Below, in pieces: positions 1-10,916 of a stretch of DNA of 64,000 bases; position 1 is the stretch's first letter; every line of letters begins with the position of its first letter. The notes under the pieces were generated by a model that saw only the letters and a list, made by a program, of their open reading frames with translations, had not been told where the DNA came from and made no database searches. This DNA comes from a virus, in the IMG/VR virus record IMGVR_UViG_3300027708_000026, positions 80,908 through 144,907 of that record; one strand, 5' to 3'. The position numbers and the translations under genes are program-made.

Positions 1-2163
1 CTGACCGTAGCAGGTGGTGTTGGCATAGGCGGTGCTGTTTATATTGGGACATCTTCCTATATTGCTGGCGCACAGATCATTACCACTGCCACTATTGGAA
101 ATTACGCTAGCGGCGGCAGTACTAGTTCAAGTGGTATATCAATATACGATGAAGGTATTCAAATAGCATCGACAGTGACTGCTCTTAACTTTGTTGGAGA
201 CGGCGTTATAGCTACAACTTCAACTGCTGGAGCTATAAAGTTTGTTGGAAATACTCAATGGTTAAGTATTCCATCTGTCGCAGGATTAAATTTAGGCGAT
301 CCTAGTTACCCCGGCGCCCTAGACGGGCCAAACTTTACAATTGAATTTTGGATGTACGCCACTAGTTCTGCTACCGATGTGTACATAATGGATAAAGATG
401 GGATTGCAGGCCTATCATATGCTGAATACGGATTTAAGTTATCGACCTTAAGAGTAGTAACATTTTATGTTGGGCATGGTGATAATGCCGGCACCCAGTA
501 TGGTGGGGAGCAAAATTTCACAGTAGGCACAGTCGCATTGAATACCTGGTATCATGTGGCTGCAACACAATCGGCCACAAATCAAATTAAAACATTCCTT
601 AATGGCACATTAACTGGCACTACTACAAGAAATCAAAGGATGGTTGATGGCGGTAAAGCGTTATTAATAGGCTGGTGTCAAGATCAAGCAACTAATACTC
701 GATTTACTGGATATCTAACTAACATTCGAATTGTCAAAGGCACAGCACTTTATACGAATACCTTTCCATTGCCCGCCGCCGCACTGACCACAGTCACAAG
801 CACTGCACTTTTATTAAATGCCGCCAGTCCTGCATCTTTTCTCGCAGATGGTAGCACAAATAACGCCAGCATAACCAACAACGGAACAGTCTCGTTTGTC
901 AGCAGCTCGCCACTCTTTGCAGGTGTAACAGTTACTATACCAAGTTTTTCAGTATCGAGTGTTTCGTCAAATACACCAAGATATCTAACATTCGTCTCCA
1001 CTACCACTGGATCTGCAAGTGCAGAAACAACAGCTACCGGATTATTATATGTTGCAAATAGAGGTATAGCTATTGGCACAAGCACAATAACAGCATTAGC
1101 TGATCCAATGGGATTGGCCGGAGGTTATATTAGGGGCAAAGTTTTAGATCTCTACGGTGGTTTATATATTAGACAAGTGGGCTCTAGCATTATTTCGTCA
1201 AATTATCTGGGTCAAGGTGTTTACGACAATACCACTTACATTAATGCAGGCGGCACTAACAATAATTTTATTTGGCAGATAAATGGCGGCCAAAAGATGT
1301 ACCTATCAAATGCTGGATATTTTGGCATTGGGACATCTCCAATATCCGATTTACATTTACAAGGCTCACAATTTAGACACAATGATGTCAGCGGGTGGAA
1401 CACTTATACATTTACTGTATTACCAGGAGTGGTACAACTAGCATCGACTGCCAGTATTTCAATTCAGTCAGCTAATGTTTCCATCACTTCAACTGCATCA
1501 AGCACCGGTACTACAACAGGAGCATTACAAGTTGTGGGCGGCGTTGGCATTGGTGGAGATTTATATTTTGGTGGAATAATTTCTGGAGGTGGAGTTAGAA
1601 CAAGTACTACCACAACTACACCAAATCCTGCAAGCGTAGGAGACGTTTGGTATTATCAAGGCACTGATGTAGTTTATAGATACCAATATGATGGAACAAC
1701 CAGTACATGGGTAGATGTAACTGGACCTAATCTCATTGGATTGTATCAATATCAAGGCAATGCTGCATCAACTCCTGCCTATCTATCTGCTGCTTCAGGT
1801 AATAATTTTATAACACCATCAGTAGCATGGGCAGCAGCAGCACCTGTAGCATTAACTGATGCAGCGACAATACCTGTGGATTTAAGTGCGGGAATGAATT
1901 TTACCTGCCTGTTAACCAGCGGAGTTGGCACAACAAGAAAGTTAGATAATTTTGTAAATCCTAAACCAGGACAAACTGGATGGATAATGTTTACACAGGG
2001 TGCAACTGGAAACAATAATGTCACATTTGGTAATAACTGGCATTGGCCTCTAGGAACCACTGGAACATTTTCTACATCAACTGCCAACGCCGTAGATATT
2101 TTATTTTATACAGTTCTAACACCAACATACTATTTAGGTAATATGGCCAATAGGGTGGTATAA
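1..2163 (+). CDS. Tail-fibre/adhesin protein with LamG (concanavalin-like) domain; 5' end lies outside the window
   Basis: The frame is open from base 1 (LTVAGGVGIGGAVYIG...), upstream of the track start at 175. LamG motifs FTIEFW, WYHVA, FTGYLTNIRIVKG. TGALQVVGGVGIGG fibre repeat. Confidence 0.75.
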   Translation: MTVAGGVGIGGAVYIGTSSYIAGAQIITTATIGNYASGGSTSSSGISIYDEGIQIASTVTALNFVGDGVIATTSTAGAIKFVGNTQWLSIPSVAGLNLGDPSYPGALDGPNFTIEFWMYATSSATDVYIMDKDGIAGLSYAEYGFKLSTLRVVTFYVGHGDNAGTQYGGEQNFTVGTVALNTWYHVAATQSATNQIKTFLNGTLTGTTTRNQRMVDGGKALLIGWCQDQATNTRFTGYLTNIRIVKGTALYTNTFPLPAAALTTVTSTALLLNAASPASFLADGSTNNASITNNGTVSFVSSSPLFAGVTVTIPSFSVSSVSSNTPRYLTFVSTTTGSASAETTATGLLYVANRGIAIGTSTITALADPMGLAGGYIRGKVLDLYGGLYIRQVGSSIISSNYLGQGVYDNTTYINAGGTNNNFIWQINGGQKMYLSNAGYFGIGTSPISDLHLQGSQFRHNDVSGWNTYTFTVLPGVVQLASTASISIQSANVSITSTASSTGTTTGALQVVGGVGIGGDLYFGGIISGGGVRTSTTTTTPNPASVGDVWYYQGTDVVYRYQYDGTTSTWVDVTGPNLIGLYQYQGNAASTPAYLSAASGNNFITPSVAWAAAAPVALTDAATIPVDLSAGMNFTCLLTSGVGTTRKLDNFVNPKPGQTGWIMFTQGATGNNNVTFGNNWHWPLGTTGTFSTSTANAVDILFYTVLTPTYYLGNMANRVV

Positions 2164-2164
2164 C

Positions 2165-4147
2165 GTGTTTCCCGGAATCAATCCTAATGCAGTATCTGGT
2201 AGCAAGCGGCCCGGCGCTCCTTGTAGTCCAATTGTAACCTCTGTAGTATTCACTGCAACTAGTGCCACAGTCACAGTTTCTCCCCCGGATCATAATGGCG
2301 GAGCATATATTAGATCATATGTAGTCGTTAGCAATCCGGGAAATTTAATAGGAGCCGGTTCAAATCCTAATAATATCATAGTTTCAGGCCTGACTCCAAA
2401 TACAAATTATAATTTCACAGCATATGCGGTAAATGAAATTAGTTCAGGGACTGTTTCTATTCCTTCGGGAACAATAAAAACTTTGACTGATATACCGACA
2501 GCCCCAACAGGAATAATTGCTGCTGCCTCCGGCAGTACTAGTGCGACTGTAAGTTATACACAATCTTCTAGAGATAATGGTTTAACTATAACCTCATATA
2601 CTGCGGTCAGCACACCTGGAGGAATTACAGCATCAACCAGCACATCTGTATCAAGCACGATATATGTTACCGGACTAAATGTTACTACCGGATATACATT
2701 TCAAGTGTATGCAACTAACAGCAAAGGCAACAGCCCATATAGTGCCGCAAGCAATTCGATAACAACATTTGCAGTGGTGCCAAATGCACCAACTATCGGT
2801 ACAGCAAGTATTGTAAGTGGTAATCAAATCAGTGTAAGTTATACGCCGCCCGCATACAATGGCGGATCTGCAATCACATCGTATACTGCAATTAGCAACC
2901 CCGGTGGCGTCACAGCATCTGCTGCTTCTGGAAATATTGTGTTCAGTATCAGTAATCTAATCAAGGTAACTACATATACCTTTACGGTGTATGCAACAAA
3001 CGCCATTGGCAACAGTGCAGTCAGTGGGGCTAGTAATTCAGTAACAACCCCTGCAGCAGTGCCAGGAGCACCTACCATCTCATCGGTATCATTGACTGCT
3101 CCCACATCTATCACTGTGGCATATAATGCTCCGGCTGACGATGGTGGGGCAGCAATTACTTCTTATACCGCAATCAGCACACCTGGATCAATCTCGGCAA
3201 CAGCTGCTCGCGCTGGAGGGGGTACGATTGTGGTCACCGGACTGTCCTATAATACCAGCTATTATTTTAGGGTATATGCTACTAATAGTATTGGGGCAGG
3301 CGCAAACAGTTCAACATCAAGTTATGTAGCCACATGGGGAAGTGCAATATATGCTACGTCAGGTAAGAGTGATCTACCTAATACATACAGCTGGGTTGCT
3401 CCCCAGGGCGTTGCTTCAGTGAGCGTAGTTGCTGTGGGCGCAGGTGGTGGCGGCAGGCTGCGAATTGATGGAAATAGTTGGTTCTGCAATGTTGATCTTG
3501 TCTCGGGCAAAGGGCCAGCAACGGGTACCAGTTTAGGAAGTTCCCGTTATCAGGATAACGGCGGCACCTATGTTGGTGACGGCGGCGGCCGTGGCGGAGT
3601 CGGTGGCTCTTATACAATTAATGCCAATCTCTTCCACGAGGGAGCAGGTGGTGGCGCAGGCGGATATACTGCTGCTGGCGGAGCTGGTGCAAATGGGCGC
3701 AGCGGCTGCATCGGCGGCACTGGCTCTGACGCTGTCAGCGGAGGTGGCGGAGGTGGTGGAGGTGCAAATAACTATCCATCAGGCCGGAGAGATGGTGGCG
3801 GCGGCGTTGGATTATATGGACTGGGTCTCACCGGCGCCGCCGGCGGCAAGGGTGGTAGTGGCGGGGGAGATACATATGGTACTTGTCTACAGGGATGCGG
3901 TGGTAATTACGGAGGCGGTGGTGGAGCATCTTTTGGCAAATTCGGCTGCGGCGCCGGTGGGGGTGGTGGACTAGGTTGGAAAAATAATATTACAGTGACA
4001 CCGGGACAAACATACACAGTCCAAGTCGGCGCTCGGGGCGCGGACGGACGGTGCAGGGGCGGAGCCGGTGCAGTACGCATAGTGTGGCCTGCTTCGAGTT
4101 CTGGCGGAAATCGCGAATTCCCGTCAACCAACGTGTCAGCTCCATAA
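2165..4147 (+). CDS. Four FN3-like repeats followed by a Gly-rich (polyglycine) domain; putative virion adhesin/decoration protein
   Basis: Repeats of P.AP...SY....NGG..ITSYT..S.PG...GL...T.Y.F.VYATN..G. The C-terminal Gly-rich module ends VRIVWP...FPSTNV. GTG start. Confidence 0.7.
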   Translation: MFPGINPNAVSGSKRPGAPCSPIVTSVVFTATSATVTVSPPDHNGGAYIRSYVVVSNPGNLIGAGSNPNNIIVSGLTPNTNYNFTAYAVNEISSGTVSIPSGTIKTLTDIPTAPTGIIAAASGSTSATVSYTQSSRDNGLTITSYTAVSTPGGITASTSTSVSSTIYVTGLNVTTGYTFQVYATNSKGNSPYSAASNSITTFAVVPNAPTIGTASIVSGNQISVSYTPPAYNGGSAITSYTAISNPGGVTASAASGNIVFSISNLIKVTTYTFTVYATNAIGNSAVSGASNSVTTPAAVPGAPTISSVSLTAPTSITVAYNAPADDGGAAITSYTAISTPGSISATAARAGGGTIVVTGLSYNTSYYFRVYATNSIGAGANSSTSSYVATWGSAIYATSGKSDLPNTYSWVAPQGVASVSVVAVGAGGGGRLRIDGNSWFCNVDLVSGKGPATGTSLGSSRYQDNGGTYVGDGGGRGGVGGSYTINANLFHEGAGGGAGGYTAAGGAGANGRSGCIGGTGSDAVSGGGGGGGGANNYPSGRRDGGGGVGLYGLGLTGAAGGKGGSGGGDTYGTCLQGCGGNYGGGGGASFGKFGCGAGGGGGLGWKNNITVTPGQTYTVQVGARGADGRCRGGAGAVRIVWPASSSGGNREFPSTNVSAP

Positions 4148-4175
4148 TAAATAGTATGGTAATCAAAGGATTTAA

Positions 4176-7100
4176 ATGTCATTCCCAGTAAACCCAACCA
4201 GTGGACAGATCGCTGTAGTTAATAATATTGTATATTCTTATAACTCTTCAGGTACCGGTTATTGGACTAGAGTAGCAGCAAATACCAGTACACTTGCGAT
4301 CACTGTTGCATCTTTAAACATTGCAAATACATCTAGCAGCACGTCAACTACAACCGGAGCATTGATAGTTTCTGGCGGCGTGGGCATTGGTGGCGCCGTT
4401 TATATCGGAACATCTTCTTATATTGCTGGCGCACAGATCATTACCACTGCTACCATTGGATTGTATGCTGCGGCATCCTCAGCCAGTACTGGTACAACTA
4501 GCACATTCACTATTTTAAGTACAGCAAATAGTTTTAGTACCACTACAGGCGCATTGCAGGTGCGTGGCGGTGCAGGCATTGGCGGTAACTTATATGTCGG
4601 CGGAGCACTAAATGTTGTTGGAGTCAGCACATTAACTGGCAATTTATACACGTCAATCATTTATGATATTGCTGATACAAATTACCAAACATATCTATGG
4701 CCCACTGATACCAGTAAAATAGTCGGACTTTCAGCCAGGGGATCTGAGGTGGGCACCGGAAATGACACGCAGATTGGTTCTATATCAGTAACTCGAGGAG
4801 CAATTACTGCCGCGAATACTGCAACATTCTATGGGTTGTATAATAGGTCACTCAGTTATGCCGCAGGTATTGGTATAGATTTCAACGGCAATTTATGGTT
4901 TGGTAAAGTATCTGGTGGCGGTTCTGCATCCACTAGACAAAGCAATTTATTTTATAGTGATAATTCCGGCAACGTATATGCAGGCAATTCTTTTAGATCA
5001 AATGTATTTTATGCCAACAACACTGCATACTTTTTAGATTTTGCCACCACTGCTACTAAACATACTATACTATCAAATGCAGTCAGCACTGATTTGATTG
5101 GCTACGATCCTGCTATAGGAGTTTACATTGGCGGCACTGACAATAGGTACCTAACCAATGGTACGACATCGTCTGGCGGTCCACTATGGGTGATGACCGG
5201 CACCACTTATAATCTAATACATTCAGGAAATATTTCACAATATGCAGGAGCTTCAAGTACTACAACATTTACTAACCCTGTAATAATTAGATTAAACACT
5301 GTTGATACCATTGGCTCTACAGCTTCTACTCATTTAACATTAATTAACCCCAATACCGGCGCTGCCAGTTCTGGAATTTATTGGAGATTTGCCAATCAGT
5401 CTGAGATACGTGCTAGCCTGCGTGTGAATGACTCTGGCGATATTATACATAATTCTTTGAGCGGGAATTATAGATTCCAGCAAGATTCTGGTTCAAGTGC
5501 AACTAATTTTTTAAATTCTACAACATCATTTATGAGCGTCGATGGCGCAGGAAATGTATCGTTCCCTAAAAATATCACTGCTGCAAAATTAATCGACTAC
5601 GATGATAATACATATTATCTAGATCCTAACTCTACTTCAACTATCAATCAGTTAACAATGAAAGGATTGTTTACAGCCACTGTTGTAGGCACAGCTAATA
5701 CCTGGACTGATGTAGTTCTTGCCACTTCAAATCAAGGCGGAACATATATCACTGCCAATAGACCAACTGTAGCCACTGGGGATGTGGGATATAAATGGTC
5801 AACTGGAAACTCTGCAATTTGGACCAATTACATACCAGCAAACGATGCGTATACATTGACATGGGGATTGCTCGGCGTCAAACAGTTCACTATGAATAGT
5901 GCTGGCAACATGTCAACACAGGTTCAAGGAGCAGCAATAGGGTCTCCTCAATTTTATGATGCCAACAATTCCAGTTACTATATAAAACCTTCGGGATATT
6001 CATACTTAAACTCTTTAAACTTAGGCGGCTTGATCACCGGAATTAGCACAGGTACGGGCATACGTGTATTCAACAACGGTTCAAATAGTTTCACCAGCAC
6101 GGTATTCTGGGGAGTCCCAACGTTAAATTATTATTGGAACTGGCAAACCGACGCCGGCGGCAATGCAGCGTTATGGGGTTATCCATTTAACAATACTTCT
6201 ACAAGAGTATTAACAGTAACTCCATCAGGCAATTGGGGATTCAATCAATCGACATTACCTGGTGATGTTGACATGATCGGCGGTATATCAGTCACTGGTA
6301 CTGGAACTACGCAAGTCAGTGTTATGAAAGGTTCGACGTCCGGATTCTCATTGAGAGTTTCAGATACAGTCTTTGGTGATTTTTCACTTTATGATAAGGC
6401 CCAGGGTAGTTGGAAATTGGCAATCAATGCGGCCAGGGGATCGGTTGGTGTTAATGCCACTGCCAATGCCGCATATGGATTGAATGTCGGCGGTGATATT
6501 AACATCGGCGGCAACATTTATCAAAACGGATCTGCCCTTACCAACAATGTCAACACTGGCACATTTTCTGCAAATCAATATGCATGGTATGGAACTACTG
6601 GTGCAGGTGTTAGTCTTACACAAAATAATACATTTGAGACCAGTGCTATTTTTGGTGCGGATCATGTATTGGGTAGCGGATCTTTATATGATTTATTAGC
6701 ATGGAATCCACCGAACACCACTGAATATTATAATTTTAATGGATTTACATTTGCATGGATCTCTGATGCAACAGATGTTAAACCTCTGTTCAACGGACAA
6801 AACTCTCAGATATCAGTCAGTAATAACTATACGCTTACCGGCGCAACTAAACAAGGTGTTAGATTTACTTGGAGTACCTTTAGTAATAGATTCTGGGATG
6901 CATTATTGATCACTGGAAATACCGCAGGTGTAGCCTTAGATGTAACTATAGAAAGTTCTAATGACGGCGGGACAACCATCGTTACTCATGTTAGTCGAGC
7001 ATCTATCGGATCTACAGCAGTAAATGGTATGCACTACTTGAGAAATCAAGCAACCAATGCTAGTACTGGACAATGGTTTAGATTGACCATTAGAGAAACA

Positions 7101-10052
7101 ACTGCTGTCACGGCTAGTGTTAATTTATACAACATAAGTCTTCTAGGAACTAAAGGCGCTGCTAACAGATTACTCAACTGGGATAATCAAAGAAATATAA
7201 CTACCTACGGTAATTTAACAACCAATGTAGTTTATGATACAAATAATACTAGTTATTATCTCTCTCCTTCCAAGACTTCTAATCTGTTTACTGCAACACT
7301 GGCAGGTGACTTACTGACACAGGGACAGGGTAGATTTACTGGCTGGCAAAATAATGTCGCCACTGCCACTAGAACTGCTGGATTAGGCGTTGAAGTGGGA
7401 GTTAATGCAGGTGCTGCATCGATATCAGCGTACAATAGAACTTCTGGGTTATATGACACACTGGGGATTTACGGAAGTCCGATCAAAATAATTCCCCAAA
7501 CAACTGCTTCAGTATATATTGGCGGAACATGGTACGATAACGATGATCCTAGATATTATGTTAAACCTGCCACCGGCACCGTAATCACCAATTTGAAAGC
7601 ATTTGGATTGGTACAGGTTGTCAATACGGGCGGCAGCAGTTATAATGAGAATATTAGACTACCTAGGGCAGCCGATGGTATTGCCATGGTTTCGATGGCC
7701 ACCGATCTTTCTGGAACTGGAAATATTTTAGGCCAATGGAATATTGTTGTACAACCGACTACTGGCGGTGTTAATCAAGGTCAATTTAGCATACTCAACG
7801 GAAGTACAGCGTCATTCAGCATTGCCACTGCAACCAGCACAGCAACATTTGCGGCCAATGTGTATGCTCCAAAATATCTACAGGTAGGTGCAGATCAAAC
7901 CTTTTTTATACAACAGGGACAAACATCCTATTTAAATGCACTACAGGTTGGTCCAATTGGCGGGTTGTTTGATGTATTGACAAAAGGTCCGTTGGATGAT
8001 TACGCAAATACATTCACGTATGTGCATACTTCCTTAGGGGGAATTGGTGACCCTTTAAGAGATTTCAACACCGCAACATTGAGCTATGCATCTTATTCGG
8101 GATCTTTTTACGCAAATGCCAATACACCGGCATCGACTAATAACTGGTATACACTGTATCAAGCTGCCCATCGCGGAGGATCAGCTCCTAATGGTCCAGA
8201 TTATAGTAGTCAAATCGCACTGCCAATGACCAGTGCGGATGCTCGTGATTATACTAGAATGTTTTTTAGGGTAAAAAATAATACCTCTTGGAAATCTTGG
8301 GCAGAAGTTTTTACTGTGGGCGCAACAAATCAGTCACAGGGATATACAATATACGCTCAAACGCTTTATGATTATGCCGATACTCGTTACAGTATATCCC
8401 CTAGTGGAACGTCGACGCTGTTAAATCTAAAGACTTATGGGTCTATCTCTGGATACCTATCAGGTACACCTACCGCTGCTAGTTCTGGCGTCGTAGGCCC
8501 TCCCGATACTCGCGTGCCTGCACTACCTAGATTGGGATCTGCTGAATGGATATTCCCTAGCACTACAGATGCCAATATTGGAACAAGTATAGGTGATTCT
8601 GGGTTGCCGGCCGGAAATAGAACCGTATATAGAGAGGGCTTATATACTTGGAAAAGTGCAACTAGTGCATTGGGTCCCACTGGATCGACCACTCCGTACT
8701 ATGCAGCAGTTGGATTTGGCGCCGGCAGTAATGGTGCAGCAGAAATTGCAGCGTATCTGATATCCGGCGGTGCAGCCAACGATCAAGCAGTTGGACTACA
8801 CTTTAGGACCTTGCGTGATAATGGTGCTGCTCCTTGGTCCAAGTGGACACAAATATTAAATTCGACCACGCACGTATACGCAGCCAATTTAAATCAAAAT
8901 TTAAGAACCACTGACAGCCCAACATTTAGTAGCATAACATTAACCAATACTCCAACATTTAACCAAATAAAAGCTGGTTCTTACTGGATCACCGGTGGCG
9001 ACAATAATCAAGCCAAGTTCATAATGCCATGGAATGGCAATAATCAAGGCGGCATTGGTCCTTACTATGCTCCGGCCAACCCTCCAATAACAACTAGTCC
9101 TAGCGATCTTCAGAGTTTTAGATTTGATGAAGTATCATTATCTGGAACTTCACCTACTTATCAATCAGCATATCAAGGCAGTACAGCAGTTTGTATATAT
9201 TTAGGCGCTAAAAAGATATTTGGCTCGTCCGGTGCCGCCGCCTGGCACGATACTGTAACTGGACTGAATGATTCCAATTTCCTCCTCAGCCTCATAGCCT
9301 CCGGTGTTACTAGACTCGGTGCAGCAGAATTTAAAAACGGTATCACACTAACTGGCGATAATATAACCGCAAATCAAAGCGGCCGACTTAATCTCACACC
9401 GGGTCGCGGTATATTTGATGCGAGCTACTCATTTAATAAATCGACTGTAAACGTATCTTCATTCGGTACTGTTGCAACTTTTGGACCTGGTTTATTTGGT
9501 TGGGATGGGTACGTAATTGGCGGAAATGCTTCTGCATATGATGCATCTTTTATTAAGCAAAGTACAGGTCCAGAATTTGCTCTACGCGGCGGCGGTAGCC
9601 ATTGGGCGATATATGCAAATGGTGCGGATGCCGGCGGCATAAGACGGATATCTTTGAATTCTGATACTGGAGGATTGATAAATGGTTCCTATTCAGTATC
9701 TGTTGGAGGAACACTCTATTGTACGCAGAACATATACGCTTACTCAGATAGGCGTAAAAAAACTAATATTGCCACTATTGACAACGCCTTGGGTAAAGTG
9801 CTGCAACTTAGGGGAGTCTACTATAATAGAATTGACCCTGAACCTGAAGACATTGGTCGAAGAGATATAGGGGTTATCGCACAGGAAGTATTAGAAGTAT
9901 TGCCAGAAGCTGTAAAACATTCTGAGCACACTGATGAATACAGCGTTAACTACGGTAATATGGCAGGAATTTTCATCGAGGCTATAAAAGATCTTAAGAA
10001 AGAACTTGATGAATTAAAAGCAGAATTAAATATGCTCAAGGGCAATAAATAA
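4176..10052 (+). CDS. Long tail fibre (1958 aa) with C-terminal intramolecular chaperone (peptidase S74-type)
   Basis: C-terminal YSDRRKKTNI...LRGVYY...IGVIAQEV..VLPEAV...VNYG...IEAIKDL coiled coil. Internal YD..N..YY..P...S repeats and knob-like W..W motifs. Confidence 0.85.
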   Translation: MSFPVNPTSGQIAVVNNIVYSYNSSGTGYWTRVAANTSTLAITVASLNIANTSSSTSTTTGALIVSGGVGIGGAVYIGTSSYIAGAQIITTATIGLYAAASSASTGTTSTFTILSTANSFSTTTGALQVRGGAGIGGNLYVGGALNVVGVSTLTGNLYTSIIYDIADTNYQTYLWPTDTSKIVGLSARGSEVGTGNDTQIGSISVTRGAITAANTATFYGLYNRSLSYAAGIGIDFNGNLWFGKVSGGGSASTRQSNLFYSDNSGNVYAGNSFRSNVFYANNTAYFLDFATTATKHTILSNAVSTDLIGYDPAIGVYIGGTDNRYLTNGTTSSGGPLWVMTGTTYNLIHSGNISQYAGASSTTTFTNPVIIRLNTVDTIGSTASTHLTLINPNTGAASSGIYWRFANQSEIRASLRVNDSGDIIHNSLSGNYRFQQDSGSSATNFLNSTTSFMSVDGAGNVSFPKNITAAKLIDYDDNTYYLDPNSTSTINQLTMKGLFTATVVGTANTWTDVVLATSNQGGTYITANRPTVATGDVGYKWSTGNSAIWTNYIPANDAYTLTWGLLGVKQFTMNSAGNMSTQVQGAAIGSPQFYDANNSSYYIKPSGYSYLNSLNLGGLITGISTGTGIRVFNNGSNSFTSTVFWGVPTLNYYWNWQTDAGGNAALWGYPFNNTSTRVLTVTPSGNWGFNQSTLPGDVDMIGGISVTGTGTTQVSVMKGSTSGFSLRVSDTVFGDFSLYDKAQGSWKLAINAARGSVGVNATANAAYGLNVGGDINIGGNIYQNGSALTNNVNTGTFSANQYAWYGTTGAGVSLTQNNTFETSAIFGADHVLGSGSLYDLLAWNPPNTTEYYNFNGFTFAWISDATDVKPLFNGQNSQISVSNNYTLTGATKQGVRFTWSTFSNRFWDALLITGNTAGVALDVTIESSNDGGTTIVTHVSRASIGSTAVNGMHYLRNQATNASTGQWFRLTIRETTAVTASVNLYNISLLGTKGAANRLLNWDNQRNITTYGNLTTNVVYDTNNTSYYLSPSKTSNLFTATLAGDLLTQGQGRFTGWQNNVATATRTAGLGVEVGVNAGAASISAYNRTSGLYDTLGIYGSPIKIIPQTTASVYIGGTWYDNDDPRYYVKPATGTVITNLKAFGLVQVVNTGGSSYNENIRLPRAADGIAMVSMATDLSGTGNILGQWNIVVQPTTGGVNQGQFSILNGSTASFSIATATSTATFAANVYAPKYLQVGADQTFFIQQGQTSYLNALQVGPIGGLFDVLTKGPLDDYANTFTYVHTSLGGIGDPLRDFNTATLSYASYSGSFYANANTPASTNNWYTLYQAAHRGGSAPNGPDYSSQIALPMTSADARDYTRMFFRVKNNTSWKSWAEVFTVGATNQSQGYTIYAQTLYDYADTRYSISPSGTSTLLNLKTYGSISGYLSGTPTAASSGVVGPPDTRVPALPRLGSAEWIFPSTTDANIGTSIGDSGLPAGNRTVYREGLYTWKSATSALGPTGSTTPYYAAVGFGAGSNGAAEIAAYLISGGAANDQAVGLHFRTLRDNGAAPWSKWTQILNSTTHVYAANLNQNLRTTDSPTFSSITLTNTPTFNQIKAGSYWITGGDNNQAKFIMPWNGNNQGGIGPYYAPANPPITTSPSDLQSFRFDEVSLSGTSPTYQSAYQGSTAVCIYLGAKKIFGSSGAAAWHDTVTGLNDSNFLLSLIASGVTRLGAAEFKNGITLTGDNITANQSGRLNLTPGRGIFDASYSFNKSTVNVSSFGTVATFGPGLFGWDGYVIGGNASAYDASFIKQSTGPEFALRGGGSHWAIYANGADAGGIRRISLNSDTGGLINGSYSVSVGGTLYCTQNIYAYSDRRKKTNIATIDNALGKVLQLRGVYYNRIDPEPEDIGRRDIGVIAQEVLEVLPEAVKHSEHTDEYSVNYGNMAGIFIEAIKDLKKELDELKAELNMLKGNK

Positions 10053-10068
10053 AGTTAGGAGAATAACA

Positions 10069-10464
10069 ATGTCAACATCCATTCCAGAACGAGTAGGAGT
10101 AGTCTATACAGACGGCACACCTACTGAGATTACATTTACTTGGAGAATCAAAAGCCTTAGTACCAAGAAAGAAGGCAGTTATAATAATGCGGTGGTGCAA
10201 ACCTACTGGAATGTCATCGGCACAGATAGTCAAAATAAAACGGGGATATTTGATGGGGCAACACCATTTACTACATCGGGACAATCTGGATTCATCGAAT
10301 TTGCAGATTTACAAGAAGCTGATGTATTAGGTTGGATCAAGGACCAAGTGGTTGGTTCGTATGCTGATCATATTATGGAGCAAATACATCAGAAGCTTGA
10401 TGCTCAGTATAATAGCATTTCTGATGCTGCTCTGCCATGGGCGCCCCCGGCTGAAACTGTCTAA
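10069..10464 (+). CDS. Small tail-fibre-associated hypothetical protein
   Basis: Follows the fibre gene with an AGGAG Shine-Dalgarno site; FIEFADL.E.DVLGW..., ending LPW. Confidence 0.55.
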   Translation: MSTSIPERVGVVYTDGTPTEITFTWRIKSLSTKKEGSYNNAVVQTYWNVIGTDSQNKTGIFDGATPFTTSGQSGFIEFADLQEADVLGWIKDQVVGSYADHIMEQIHQKLDAQYNSISDAALPWAPPAETV

Positions 10465-10916
10465 TTAGTTTTAAAAATATCTAATAAAACTTCTAATTTA
10501 GCCTTGACGACTTTATTGTTAAGGCTATTTTTTACGCCCTGATGAAGTGGTTTGGGCCAGCAGTCATAATTACACCATGCGTATCCGCTATGTTCAAAAT
10601 TTAATACAGGGATAAACTCTTTTTCCACGATTAGAACATAGGTATTGTACTGGAAATTATTGTCATTGGATATAAAGAGTTCTAGGGGAATGACCTTTTT
10701 TATTTTAGGTGTAGCACCAACTTCTTCCTGAATTTCTCGATACAGTGAATCTACTACAGTAGTATCAGTGGGTTCTTTTTTGCCGCCCACTAGTCCCCAA
10801 GTGCCTAAAGTTTTTTCGTGTGTACGCATCAGCAGTAAAAATCTGCGGGTATCTTCGGCTAAAAATAATCCGCCACTGCAAATGATTTGATTTATAGGAC
10901 TAAACGCCATGACCAA
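10461..10916 (-). CDS. Nudix hydrolase
   Basis: Nudix box GGKKEPTDTTVVDSLYREIQEEVG, then LNFEHSGYAW and PLHQG. Exact start uncertain. Confidence 0.85.
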   Translation of the reverse strand: MVMAFSPINQIICSGGLFLAEDTRRFLLLMRTHEKTLGTWGLVGGKKEPTDTTVVDSLYREIQEEVGATPKIKKVIPLELFISNDNNFQYNTYVLIVEKEFIPVLNFEHSGYAWCNYDCWPKPLHQGVKNSLNNKVVKAKLEVLLDIFKTN

